Origin: Patescibacteria group bacterium
Lineage (GTDB): Bacteria; Patescibacteriota; Patescibacteriia; UBA2591; JAQUPP01
Direction: 5' to 3'
Assembly: GCA_041649955.1 (NCBI GenBank)
Contig: JBAZMD010000001.1
Coordinates: forward strand, 68,079-132,078
Length of the DNA stretch: 64,000 nt
Position numbers and translations under genes: made by a program. The notes beneath the pieces were generated by a model. The model made no database searches and was not told where the DNA came from. It was given only the letters and a program-made list of their open reading frames with translations. Within the stretch, counting starts at the first letter, position 1. Each line of letters begins with the position of its first letter. Of the stretch, positions 28,640 through 38,785 are shown piece after piece.

Positions 28640-30205
28640 CTATTGAGTTTTTTCTTCGTCTGTAGTCGAATCGGTGTTTTGAGTACCGAATTTCTTATCC
28701 ATTAATTGATTGAGTTTGTCTATCTTTGATTGAATAGTAGGATCTATGTTTGTTCTGTTTTTAGTGGCATAATTCATCACTTTGTTTAATTCATTACGGA
28801 CATCATTGATACTCTGGCAAGCGTCTCTGTAACCTTGATTTTCAACAGATTCAATAATCGGATCAATAATCTCTTGAATGGATTGTTTTATTTCCGGATC
28901 TTTCACTCTTAAAAGTTGTTTACTGATATCTTTAAAAGAAGTTACCACGCAATAAATATCACCCGGGTGCATACCTTCGCGCATTGGCGTTAAAGCTTCC
29001 ATTGCATCTTCTATTTCACCGGCTTGATATTTAGTATTGGCTTCAGTTAAAGCGGTTCTTACCTCAACAACATCGGCTTTAATTTTTTCCATATCCAAAC
29101 CTATTTTCTGATAATTTTTATTGACAACCAACTTCTCCGTTTTTTTAAGCTGAGTTTCTATTTGTTTGGTTTCTTTCGGAAATTCAACTTTCATTCTTAT
29201 TTCATTAAGAGTTTCCCAAAGTTGAGCGTCATAAAATTCTTGCATTGCTTCACGTTGAGTCATATCTGTCGGCGGAGTTTTAATATTTTGAGCAAAGATG
29301 TCTAATTGACTATTAATTTCTTGTAATTTAGCTCCTTCTTCGGATAAATTCGGTAATTTTTTCAAAGCAGTGGTTAAAGTTTTAATCTGCTTTTTCATGT
29401 CTTTTATCTGTTTGGTTACTCCTTTAATTTCTTGAGGGTCTACAAAATCGTTTTGATCTTGTCCTTCTTCATTCTGATCCTGATTCTGATTTACCTGAAC
29501 CTGTTTTGGTTGAGTTTGATTTGGTTTAATTTGATTTGATTGAGTGTTGTTCATCGGTTGAGGCATTTGTTGATTTTGCATCGGTTGTCCGGGTTGAGAT
29601 GTCTGTTGGCCTTCGCCTCCTGAAGTTGTTTGTCCGGGTTGTCCTGGCTGATTGATAATTATTTTCTGGCCTTGATTTTGTCCTTGATTCATTGGCTGAT
29701 TCGGCTGATTTCCATTTTGATTAAAATTCATTCCCGGCTGTTGGGTACCATTCATTGGTTGACTTTGCATTGGTTGTCCAGGCTGAAAATTTTGCTGATT
29801 GTTTGGTTGATTATTGGGTATTTGTTGGCCTTCATTTCCTTGCAAAATTTGTCCTTGCTGATTTTGCATTGGTTGATTAATAATTGTTTTCTGCTCCTGA
29901 TTTATCGGGGGCAAGGGTGATAAAATCTCAGCATTTTGAGCAATAGTCCGGCTAATTAAAACCGCGCCCGCGGCTATAGAAGCCAAACCGATCGCTAAAG
30001 GAATTTGAATAAAAGCTTTTTTGTTGTTGATTTGCATAAATTTATTATTATTTAATATATTTAGAAACCTTTCTATATTTAATAGTAACCCAAAACAAAA
30101 CATTTGACAAGTGGATAAGGGTGGGCTAATTTTTAAGCGAAAATCTCCATTTTTTGTTTGCCCAATAAGGTCCGGCATAATCAATCCCAACTCTCTTAGT
30201 CGCAA
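28640..30205 (-). CDS. membrane-anchored Q/N/P-rich low-complexity protein with a helical C-terminal domain
   Basis: The ORF overlaps the MPG gene by 80 bp. The likely true start is the internal Met at about 30037 (MQINNKKAFIQIPLAIGLASIAAG, a transmembrane segment). About 150 aa of QPMNQGQ-type repeats. Confidence 0.45.
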   Translation of the reverse strand: MRLRELGLIMPDLIGQTKNGDFRLKISPPLSTCQMFCFGLLLNIERFLNILNNNKFMQINNKKAFIQIPLAIGLASIAAGAVLISRTIAQNAEILSPLPPINQEQKTIINQPMQNQQGQILQGNEGQQIPNNQPNNQQNFQPGQPMQSQPMNGTQQPGMNFNQNGNQPNQPMNQGQNQGQKIIINQPGQPGQTTSGGEGQQTSQPGQPMQNQQMPQPMNNTQSNQIKPNQTQPKQVQVNQNQDQNEEGQDQNDFVDPQEIKGVTKQIKDMKKQIKTLTTALKKLPNLSEEGAKLQEINSQLDIFAQNIKTPPTDMTQREAMQEFYDAQLWETLNEIRMKVEFPKETKQIETQLKKTEKLVVNKNYQKIGLDMEKIKADVVEVRTALTEANTKYQAGEIEDAMEALTPMREGMHPGDIYCVVTSFKDISKQLLRVKDPEIKQSIQEIIDPIIESVENQGYRDACQSINDVRNELNKVMNYATKNRTNIDPTIQSKIDKLNQLMDKKFGTQNTDSTTDEEKTQ

Positions 30206-30668
30206 AAATGCGGGATTTATTTATTTTTTCTCCTCTGTCTTCCAACCAAAATCTTTTGCTTTCAATAACATCTTCGCCGTAAAATGATTTGTCCAATTTT
30301 AAATATCTACAAAGTTTTCCCGGCCCGGAAGTTAAATTTTTTTCTTTAGAAGCTAGAGCGCGAATTAAAACGCATTCCGGCTTGCCTGATTTAGAAGTAG
30401 TGATATTCAATTGCCAATACATGCCATAAACCAAATAAATATAAATATGCCCGCCCTTGAAATATTCAGCAATATTTCGAGAAGTCATTCGATTGTTATA
30501 AGCATGGCAAGCTCTGTCTTTTGGGCCGACATAAGCTTCTGTTTCAATAATTTTTCCTTCTAATTTTTTATTGCCGATTTTTCTGACAATATATTTCCCC
30601 AATAATTCCTTGGCTACTTTTAAAGTCGGCCGAGTATAAAAATTTCTGGTTAATTTTTTTATTTTCAT
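30126..30668 (-). CDS. mpg: DNA-3-methyladenine glycosylase (Mpg/AAG family)
   Basis: 180 aa. FYTRPTLKVAKELLGK...ETEAYVGPKDRACHAY...GHIYIYLVYGMY is typical of the MPG family. Confidence 0.8.
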   Translation of the reverse strand: MKIKKLTRNFYTRPTLKVAKELLGKYIVRKIGNKKLEGKIIETEAYVGPKDRACHAYNNRMTSRNIAEYFKGGHIYIYLVYGMYWQLNITTSKSGKPECVLIRALASKEKNLTSGPGKLCRYLKLDKSFYGEDVIESKRFWLEDRGEKINKSRIFATKRVGIDYAGPYWANKKWRFSLKN

Positions 30669-30816
30669 CCCTCACCCTTCGACGATAATATTCGCCCTCG
30701 TATTTTCCAATTGCCTTTTATAAAATAAAAATAAATTTTCTTGAATCCAGATTAAACTGAATAAATTAGTAAAGACAGGCTCGTATTTGGAAAATAACAT
30801 CGTCGAAGGGTGAGGG
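30669..30816. repeat. long-loop inverted repeat IR-3 (CCCTCACCCTTCGACGAT / ATCGTCGAAGGGTGAGGG, perfect 18-bp arms, ~112-nt loop)
   Basis: Seen directly. Immediately upstream of the mpg start. Confidence 0.45.
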
Positions 30817-30823
30817 ATAAACT

Positions 30824-30856
30824 AAAGCCCTAGCTTTTTAATTAAGCTAGGGCTTT
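30824..30856 (-). terminator. palindrome AAAGCCCTAGC-TTTTTAATTAA-GCTAGGGCTTT after the giant gene
   Basis: 11-bp perfect arms. Confidence 0.5.
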
Positions 30857-30881
30857 AAAATTAATATCCTATTCTAACAAT

Positions 30882-33800
30882 TTATTTCGCGGCTAAGAAT
30901 TTCGGCGTGACTAAATTCTCGGCAAAATCTGAAATTGTTCCGCCGTCAGAATAAGTTTCAGCCTTAGAAATAGTCATTACCGGCACTTTGCTGTAACCAT
31001 TGTTGGTTAAAGCTTTGGCGGATAATTTATATTTCTTGCCGTTCTGAATCAGATAAATCTGAGAAGTTCCCGTGTATTTAACCAATGTTCCATTAGGATG
31101 TTTAGTCGTGGAATCAATCGTATCGCCTAAAGGATAATTGAATTTGGATAATAAATCATCAGGCACCCAAGTCACCAATTTCCATTTCGGATCATTGAAA
31201 AGTTTCTGATAAATCGCTGAAGATTTAACCGGTCTCAATTTGCCGTCAGAAACCATGAATACTGCCGAAGCGCTTAAACCGTGAAGCGATGTAGTCTTGC
31301 CTCTGAATAATGAACCGTCGCGGAATGTCATTGCTACGCCTTCAGAATATTTCGCAAATTCTTCAGAAGTAACCTTCTTGACTGTTGAGAAATTGGATGG
31401 ATAACCCCAAGAGAGATAAACATTAAGATGCGGGAAAACGTGCGCCTTGCCGTCCAAAATCATATAAACCGCGCCTGGTTGAGCAGTACAAGTCGGACAA
31501 ATAACCAAATCTCTATTTTTGAGATTATAAGTTATAACTTCTGCTGTTTCTTCTGATTCAGAAATAATTATTGCTGAAATTATTGAAGAGAGATTAAAAG
31601 TCTTATCTCTGAAACGGATATAAACCACTTTTTCTCCCTTACCAACTGGTAGTAACCAAGAACGAGTAGCTTGATACGGTTCCCAATTAATACCGACAAA
31701 ATCAATCGTATTACTAATCATCATTTCCGCGGCATCAGTAGCAGTAATGTTTAAAGTAACATTTCTGGAAGTAGTTTTCGCGGCACCACTATTTATCTTT
31801 AAGGATAAATCTTTTGGACCAAGATTACCTGCATTGCCACCACCTCCTGAACTGCCACTCATTGGGGTCGAATCTCCGCCAGCAGTAACAAACTTTCCTC
31901 CGGTAATACCGCCAGGTGTAAAATGGTTTGTGGTAACAATTATAACATTATTAGTTGCATCGCGAACCACTGATTTATAATTTTCCCAAGTGTTTGTGGT
32001 GTCATCAAAATATTTTGGCGTAATATCAGCTTCAGTATATCCATAATCTGTAATTAAATCCGGATCATAAGGGAATGTAATCTTTACGTCATTATCAAAT
32101 TGAGTGATTTCTTGACCAGTAGAGTCCTTAGCCGTGAAATCATAGTTAACGCCAAGCGGTTTATCTTTAGCATCCGGTTTCACTGATACCGTAGTTTGAT
32201 TTTCATCACCAACAGTCGGCGTAATAGTTACGGTAACTGTGCCACTGCTGGCTAAAGCTCCGGCTGGAATTTCAAGCGTCAGACCATTTGTAAGTTCAAT
32301 AGTTTTACTGTCTGAAGCGTTGAAAGTCGTAGTTTTAGCTTCAGGAACGGCAAGACCTGTGGTAACAAGAGTTAAATTCTTAGTTTGAGCGCCTGCTACG
32401 GTTATAACTTCAGTCGCAGCGCTTTCATAAAGGACTCCATCAATTTTGGCCGTGGCCTTAACATACCATGTTTCACCGGACTTAACTTTTAAAGTATAAG
32501 TTCCGTCAGAAGCCATTGTACCGGTTCCCTTATCCTCAGACCAAGCTTGTATCATTGCTTGTTTTCTAACGCTGTCTAAAGTAACCTCACCGGTGATAGT
32601 GGCATCTGATAAACTGAATTGAAGATCCTTACCTGTTACATTGGAATCGCCAACCGTCACACTGAGTAATGGCGGGTTAATCAAATCTCTCGCATCCCAA
32701 GGAGGAATACCGGCACCAATTTTGAAAGTACCACTGGTAACATTTAAAGTATAAGTGCCGTCATTTCCGGTAAAAGTACCAACACCCAAACCGCCCGGAC
32801 CCTTAAAATCATTTTTGGTCGTTTCATCACCAAAGTCAGCATAGACCCAAACTCCACTCATACCAACATCATCCGGATCCGTGATTGTACCGCTGATTGT
32901 TTTATCAAGTTTTTTAAGTTGGAAATTACGAGTAGTTGTACTATCGGCAATAACGGTTGATTTTACGTCTTCGGCTACTATTTTGTATTTATCATTATCA
33001 TCTCCAAAATTCATCATCGGATCAATAAAAGCGTCAACGTACCAACTGCCTGCTGAAACTTTTAATGAATATTTATCATTAACACTGCTTGGAGCAAATT
33101 CTGTTTGCGACCAGCCGCCATTTTCTTTATCACCATTGATAAAAGCGCGAACTCCTGTCACAACCGTATCTGTTCCTGCAGTATAAGAACTATCGCTATT
33201 AGTATCAAGATAAAATTTACCTTCAATCGTAGCATTATTCGGTGCCACCACTAAATCAATTTCTTTACATCCGGTTGTTTCGTCAGTACAAGTATCGCTT
33301 TCACCAACAGTAACAGTTTTAGTTACGGTTAAAGTATATTTAGAACCCGGAGGCGTATTTAAACCTAATTCATAACTGCCGAGCGGAACTTTAATTTCAG
33401 TATAACCATTAGCTAATCCTCCGCCGGCAAAACCACCTTTATCCATACCTGCTCCCATTGCTCCGCCGCCACCGCTGCCGCCACCTACAGCTGTTCCACC
33501 ACTACCTGCATCGCCGCTTCCACCTGCCATCATTTTCGGATCACCGAAATCAATAAAATCATTTACTGTCGGATCCGTATCTTTAACCCAAACTCCACCC
33601 CAAATATCGGAAACACGATTACCGTCAGCATCCACTACATTTACTTTAAGCAGACCATCGGCTACCTTTAATAAAAAGTCATTATTATCAGAAGTTTGAT
33701 TGGCGGTTATTGTTACTTGTTGCGGACCACCTTGATAAATATATTGAGTTGACATTGGCATAATCATTACGCCCCAATTTCCTTCACTGACAGTTAAATC

Positions 33801-36800
33801 AAATCTGCCGGTATTAGAATCTGTTTGTGTATTAGCCCAGCCCGGTCCATTCATTTGCCAAGCATTAACCATCACACTGCCAATTGCATTACCGGCCGAA
33901 TCTGTAACCGTTCCTTTAATATGAGCATTCTTTGCTGTTAAAATAAGTGTGCCTGCGTCAGTTGTTTGTTCAGAAATAGCTTTGATTTTAACCGGAGTGG
34001 AACCGCCATAACTCTGACCTTGTTCGCCCCAGTTTGGATTAGCCACCAAATCATAAGTACCAGCTGGAACTTTAAAAGTAAAACGTCCATCAGAATCAGT
34101 ATTGGCACCATTGCCACCACCCATCATACCGCCGCTATTGGCCATTACCCAAGAATTGGCAATTGCCGTAGCACCGGTTGGATCTTTAACTAAACCTGTA
34201 ATAATAGCATTGGCCACTTGAACTTCAAAATCCAAACCAGCATCAAGTATAGTAGCGCCTCCCGGACAATTTCCCACTGTACCGCGGCATTCCGTGCTGC
34301 CATCTTCGGTAAAAGTAGTTCTCTTTGGAGATTCATTATAAACCCAATCAGGTTGACCCATGCTCCAATCAGGATTTACACTTAACCACCAGCCGCCGCC
34401 GGCAAGTTTTAAAGTATATTCACCACTTGAATTTGTTAATGTTTCAAAATGTCCACCTCCCATATCGCGATTAGCTTGAACGCGGGCATTAGCGACTAAT
34501 GCACCGCTGCCCTTTTTAGTCACTGTACCGGTTAAAGTTTTTGTTGGGACAGTTAAGGTAATTAAATTATTTGCCTGAGCCACATTGGCCACTTTAACTG
34601 TGCCTACGTCATCAGCAACATCAACGGTTAATCCGCTTGGTTGAATCCAAGCTTTTTCACCGCCCCAAGGCAAATTGATTTCCATGGATAATCCGGTGGC
34701 ATTGGTTAAACCGCCGATTCGGAAATAACCTTGATCATCAGTTGAAGCACCACCCTGATTTTGCCACATTTGATCATGAATCATAATCCAAGACCATTGG
34801 ACAGGTTGATCATCCGCAGTTCCGGCAACTTCATCCGCACCCGGATTCATTACTCTTCCGGTAACTTGCGGCGTACCAAGTATGAGTTTACCGCCGGTTC
34901 CATAAGTCACACCTAAATCTAAATTAGAAGTTCCGGCAGCTACGGCAGAGGAAATTGTAATATTAGAATATTTTTTTGTTGAATAATTACGATAAACAGC
35001 TTGTTCTTCAGGCGTCCCCCAACGTGGAGCTTCAATTTCTAAAGCATAAGTTCCTGCTGTCACACCACCAAAAGAGAATTGACCGTTCTGATTAGTGTTT
35101 GTGCCATACCAACCACCCGTAGTACCGCCTTGCATTGGTCCTTCAATATGGAAATTAATCCAAGCATTAGCCACAGTTGTAGTAGTATTTGGAATAACAA
35201 CCGTACCGCTAATATTCGGAGTGCTTAAAATTATATTTTTGGTTCTGCTTGATTGAGAACTGGTAACTGTAACATTCTGAACAAGTTTTCTCCCGCAAGT
35301 AATATTTCCGCAACCATTCCAAGGATTTGCTTCCACTTCATAAGTACCAATAGTCACACCGCCAATGGCATAATTTCCATTAGCATCTGTTTGTGACCAT
35401 TGAGAACCGGACATTGAACCTTGTGATCGCATATTAATACCAACATTAGTTGCACCGATATCAGGATAACCCACCGGATCATCGCATTCAGCTTGAGTCA
35501 CAGTTGAATTGTCGTCATGTTTCGGTTTGCAAACACGACCGGTTAAACCATTAACTGTCGGGTCGCTTAACAAAACAAGTAAACTATTATTAGCAATTGT
35601 CAAAGCAGTACCCGGATCTGATACCTCGGTAATAGTAGTTCCGGCAACACTTACTACCATGCCTTGCGGCGCAGCATAAAGACTGCCGTATTGAGTATTG
35701 ACATTAAAATTCCAGCTGCCCGTAGGAACATTTAAACTAAATGTTCCATCACTTTGAGCACTGGCGCCATAACAACTACCGGCTGATTGATAAGGACAAA
35801 AATCAATCCAAATTCCGCTTTGTCCGGTTGTACCGGTTGGATCTTTAACTACACCAGTAACATTGGGTGCTGATAAAGTAAATGCGTCATCATCAACGCT
35901 ATCAAGAGTGTCAGCTTGATCTTTTAAATCATTAGAAGTAGTTGAAGTAATGGAAACTGAAAAATTACCGCTGGCACAAGCACTGCCGCTCGCCGGTTGA
36001 ATTCGAAGATTATAAGTACCAAGTGCCACGCCACCAAGAGAAAAATTACCACTATCATCAGTATTTACACCATACCAAGAACCATCTTTATCCATATTTA
36101 TCCAAGCGACGGTTGTTACACCACCGCATTTTACTTTTCCAAAAACATTTGGCAAAGCAAAAGTTTTATTTCCCAAATCAGTAATTTGTCCATCCGTAAC
36201 ATCAATGGCAAATTCAGCAGTTCTTGTTCTTGGATAACTTCTAAAGTCGCCGCTGTATGGCGGCTCAATTTCTAAAATATAATGAGTACTGTCTGTCACT
36301 CCGCCAAAATAAACTATGCCATCAGCATCGGTCTGTGCCCATTGATTGTAAGACCAATCCATAGTATGAAGACCAATATTGGCATAAGGCACTGGCAAAC
36401 CAGGCTGAGGATTACTTGCCGTAGCAGTATCACCTAAAGTACCAGGAGCCTTAATCGTTACTTTAACATTTTGAGCGGATAAATTGATATTAATGCCGGT
36501 TGCAGTTTGACCTGAAGTTAAACATTGAGAAGTTCTAACGCTTTTATATTGTAAAACTCTGTCTTGATAATCTTTGGGTCTGGCTTCAATTTCATAACAT
36601 TGGCTGCTGGTATCATTTGGAACATAAAGTTTCCATGTTCCGTTTGGACCGGTTGTTGTTCTTTGCTCATAGTCCCAAGTATAAGGACGAGCAACCACTT
36701 CTACGCCTTCCAATAATGTTGCGCCACTGGGAGATTTAACCGTACCGGAAAGAGTGGCTGTTCTAAAAGCTTGGGTGGCTAGTGTTGCCACTGAACCCAC

Positions 36801-37808
36801 CGTAGCTGTTTGACTGCTTAACTTGGAGGGCGCCACATAAGTCGCGCCGGCCGGGGTGCTGAATTGTATATTATAACTTCCGGTCGCACTTAATAATAAA
36901 GCATATTTGCCATTGGAATGAGTTTCCCCAAGCACGACATTTCCCATTTGTCCGGGCGTAAAAGATTCAACCTGGACTCTATCTATGTCACCGGCCGTAT
37001 CTGAGGTAAGACTACCTATAAATATGCCTTGCGTGCTATTCCAAATTATAAATGGTCGTGAATCTGAAACACGACGCGTATTCAAATCACTAATTATTAT
37101 ATCTACGCGGCCGTTTAATCCGGTTGGAATTGTAGCCGTAAGTTCAGTAGCTCCGGCAGTTGCAGGCGTGGATGTTACACTTCCTCCGTTAAAATTCCAA
37201 TATATTTCTGTTGCGTCAGTTGAGGTGGAATAATTAGAACCGGTAATCGTTACTGTATCGCCGACATTGCCGCACGGATAACCATTGCAAAGATCAGACT
37301 CAGTAGTATTGGTTATATAATTGATAATCGGATCAATAGAAGCGCTAACAGTATTGTTGGCAGTAAAATCTTCTATAGTTTGAGTTCCTGCTAAATTTTT
37401 AATATCTCCGGCTGTCATCTGCCAAGTTTGTCCTTCGCTTAATTTTAAATTTTTTAAACCGTAAATTCTTAAACGATAATCATTCTCGCCCGCCTGAATA
37501 CTTTGAGTTGACATATCATAAGGACTGAATCGACTTAATGTTCTGTCTGTTAATCCCGCTCCTGTTTCAAAAATAAAATTACGCAAATCTGTCGCGTAAT
37601 TGGTTGCACTTCCTGCTTCGGTTGTTGAAGATGGGGTTGTTTCTGCGGAAAATTGTCCGTTGAATGTAATTTCCGCTGAAGTTGTCGAGACCGTAATATC
37701 GGTCACGGCTATTGGTGCTAATGCACTCACTGATGTGGACAGCCCCATTGACCACAACATGGTCGTGGCTGTCACAAAAATTGAAAAAAACTTTTTTGTG
37801 TTGTTCAT
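30882..37808 (-). CDS. giant (2308 aa) secreted surface protein built of many beta-sandwich repeats (CarboxypepD_reg/Cna-B-like) with a C-terminal module shared with 8760-10340
   Basis: Signal peptide MNNTKKFFSIFVTATTMLWSMGLSTSVSALA. Recurrent GxV...G.Y.L repeat units. C-terminus HPNGTLVKYTGTSQIYLIQNGKKYKL. Confidence 0.65.
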   Translation of the reverse strand: MNNTKKFFSIFVTATTMLWSMGLSTSVSALAPIAVTDITVSTTSAEITFNGQFSAETTPSSTTEAGSATNYATDLRNFIFETGAGLTDRTLSRFSPYDMSTQSIQAGENDYRLRIYGLKNLKLSEGQTWQMTAGDIKNLAGTQTIEDFTANNTVSASIDPIINYITNTTESDLCNGYPCGNVGDTVTITGSNYSTSTDATEIYWNFNGGSVTSTPATAGATELTATIPTGLNGRVDIIISDLNTRRVSDSRPFIIWNSTQGIFIGSLTSDTAGDIDRVQVESFTPGQMGNVVLGETHSNGKYALLLSATGSYNIQFSTPAGATYVAPSKLSSQTATVGSVATLATQAFRTATLSGTVKSPSGATLLEGVEVVARPYTWDYEQRTTTGPNGTWKLYVPNDTSSQCYEIEARPKDYQDRVLQYKSVRTSQCLTSGQTATGININLSAQNVKVTIKAPGTLGDTATASNPQPGLPVPYANIGLHTMDWSYNQWAQTDADGIVYFGGVTDSTHYILEIEPPYSGDFRSYPRTRTAEFAIDVTDGQITDLGNKTFALPNVFGKVKCGGVTTVAWINMDKDGSWYGVNTDDSGNFSLGGVALGTYNLRIQPASGSACASGNFSVSITSTTSNDLKDQADTLDSVDDDAFTLSAPNVTGVVKDPTGTTGQSGIWIDFCPYQSAGSCYGASAQSDGTFSLNVPTGSWNFNVNTQYGSLYAAPQGMVVSVAGTTITEVSDPGTALTIANNSLLVLLSDPTVNGLTGRVCKPKHDDNSTVTQAECDDPVGYPDIGATNVGINMRSQGSMSGSQWSQTDANGNYAIGGVTIGTYEVEANPWNGCGNITCGRKLVQNVTVTSSQSSRTKNIILSTPNISGTVVIPNTTTTVANAWINFHIEGPMQGGTTGGWYGTNTNQNGQFSFGGVTAGTYALEIEAPRWGTPEEQAVYRNYSTKKYSNITISSAVAAGTSNLDLGVTYGTGGKLILGTPQVTGRVMNPGADEVAGTADDQPVQWSWIMIHDQMWQNQGGASTDDQGYFRIGGLTNATGLSMEINLPWGGEKAWIQPSGLTVDVADDVGTVKVANVAQANNLITLTVPTKTLTGTVTKKGSGALVANARVQANRDMGGGHFETLTNSSGEYTLKLAGGGWWLSVNPDWSMGQPDWVYNESPKRTTFTEDGSTECRGTVGNCPGGATILDAGLDFEVQVANAIITGLVKDPTGATAIANSWVMANSGGMMGGGNGANTDSDGRFTFKVPAGTYDLVANPNWGEQGQSYGGSTPVKIKAISEQTTDAGTLILTAKNAHIKGTVTDSAGNAIGSVMVNAWQMNGPGWANTQTDSNTGRFDLTVSEGNWGVMIMPMSTQYIYQGGPQQVTITANQTSDNNDFLLKVADGLLKVNVVDADGNRVSDIWGGVWVKDTDPTVNDFIDFGDPKMMAGGSGDAGSGGTAVGGGSGGGGAMGAGMDKGGFAGGGLANGYTEIKVPLGSYELGLNTPPGSKYTLTVTKTVTVGESDTCTDETTGCKEIDLVVAPNNATIEGKFYLDTNSDSSYTAGTDTVVTGVRAFINGDKENGGWSQTEFAPSSVNDKYSLKVSAGSWYVDAFIDPMMNFGDDNDKYKIVAEDVKSTVIADSTTTRNFQLKKLDKTISGTITDPDDVGMSGVWVYADFGDETTKNDFKGPGGLGVGTFTGNDGTYTLNVTSGTFKIGAGIPPWDARDLINPPLLSVTVGDSNVTGKDLQFSLSDATITGEVTLDSVRKQAMIQAWSEDKGTGTMASDGTYTLKVKSGETWYVKATAKIDGVLYESAATEVITVAGAQTKNLTLVTTGLAVPEAKTTTFNASDSKTIELTNGLTLEIPAGALASSGTVTVTITPTVGDENQTTVSVKPDAKDKPLGVNYDFTAKDSTGQEITQFDNDVKITFPYDPDLITDYGYTEADITPKYFDDTTNTWENYKSVVRDATNNVIIVTTNHFTPGGITGGKFVTAGGDSTPMSGSSGGGGNAGNLGPKDLSLKINSGAAKTTSRNVTLNITATDAAEMMISNTIDFVGINWEPYQATRSWLLPVGKGEKVVYIRFRDKTFNLSSIISAIIISESEETAEVITYNLKNRDLVICPTCTAQPGAVYMILDGKAHVFPHLNVYLSWGYPSNFSTVKKVTSEEFAKYSEGVAMTFRDGSLFRGKTTSLHGLSASAVFMVSDGKLRPVKSSAIYQKLFNDPKWKLVTWVPDDLLSKFNYPLGDTIDSTTKHPNGTLVKYTGTSQIYLIQNGKKYKLSAKALTNNGYSKVPVMTISKAETYSDGGTISDFAENLVTPKFLAAK

Positions 37809-38053
37809 AGTTTTTCTAAAAAATAAATTTAATAAAAATATATTTAAAATTTCTAATTAGTAAAAACTCCCCCTATCTAAATAATCTTATTTTAATTTAC
37901 GAGTGAGTGAAAGAAAAGCAAAATTAATTTACTTTTTCAAATGAAGAAAATATAAAATTTAATGTCTTTTTATTATAACACTTTAAAAAATGAAAGGGTG
38001 GGGATGGTTGTGGATAACTTCCAAGGTTATCAAAAATTGCGAGTTTAAAAAAC

Positions 38054-38202
38054 AAAGCAATTTTTGCTATAACCTTGAGAATCCCGCTTCAAATCTCTGA
38101 ATAAAATTGGTTTAAAAACCAAAGTAAGCCGAAGGCGTTTCCGCGGGATAAATTAAATTATTTTTAAAAAACTTTTTTTGGATTTGAGGCGTGGGTTACC
38201 GT
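38054..38202 (+). repeat. intergenic repeat element, family B copy 2
   Basis: Aligns with copies 1 and 3. Terminal palindrome AGCAATTTTTGCT. The long-range helix shows compensatory changes (CTTCAAATCTC pairs with GGATTTGAGGC). Confidence 0.6.
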
Positions 38203-38225
38203 AAATTTTAGTCCCCTTTTATTAG

Positions 38226-38253
38226 TTGACACATTTTTTAAATATGCTATTAT
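38226..38253 (+). promoter_or_regulatory. conserved-type promoter TTGACA-16-TATTAT (CATTTTTTAAATATGCTATTAT)
   Basis: Plus strand, directly upstream of the RAM-domain ORF. Confidence 0.55.
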
Positions 38254-38299
38254 ATATAAATAATTATTTTAAAAATCAAAATAATTAAAAGGAGGAGAA

Positions 38300-38542
38300 A
38301 TGGAAAAAGTAGAGGCTCATGTCTTTTTAAAAGTAAAAACTTCGGAAGAGGCAGCGGAAAAAATATTGAAAACATTACGCTCTATTGAAGGAGTGGTTAG
38401 GGCGAATATGGTAACGGGGATTTACGATATGATTGTCAATGTTAAGAGTGAAAATCTCAAAACGCTGGGAGAACTTATTGCATGTAAAATCAGTAATATA
38501 GAAAATGTAATATCCAGTATTACCTGTATTGTTGTAAAATAG
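38300..38542 (+). CDS. stand-alone Lrp/AsnC ligand-binding (RAM) domain protein
   Basis: 80 aa. The HVFLKVKT...IEGVVRANMVTGIYDMIVNVKSENLKTLGELI pattern matches the AsnC C-terminal domain. Strong SD AAAAGGAGGAG. Confidence 0.6.
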   Translation: MEKVEAHVFLKVKTSEEAAEKILKTLRSIEGVVRANMVTGIYDMIVNVKSENLKTLGELIACKISNIENVISSITCIVVK

Positions 38543-38557
38543 CCCAGACAAAAAAGG

Positions 38558-38590
38558 TCCTGCAAGAAATTGCAGGCCTTTGATTTTTAA
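38558..38590 (+). terminator. hairpin GGTCCTGCAA-GAAA-TTGCAGGCC followed by TTTGATTTTT
   Basis: Seen directly. Confidence 0.6.
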
Positions 38591-38612
38591 TCCTTCATCC
38601 CTCCACGCTTGT

Positions 38613-38778
38613 GGCGAAATTCGCCTGAACGATGTCGCGGAAAAACCTTAGAAAATTAAGGAGTTTTATTGAAAAACTCATCTGTTTGACGACCTATTTG
38701 GGAGGAGTTATGAATTTTTCAGAATAAAACGAATATAATTTTCAAGGATTTAGAGCGTTGAGTGAAGGTGAATTTTGC
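38613..38778 (-). repeat. intergenic repeat element, family A copy 2
   Basis: About 90% identical to 3101-3267. Mini-ORF ATG AAT TTT TCA GAA TAA with GGAGGAG SD. Ends 8 nt from the stop of 38786-39673. Confidence 0.6.
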
Positions 38779-38785
38779 AACACTT

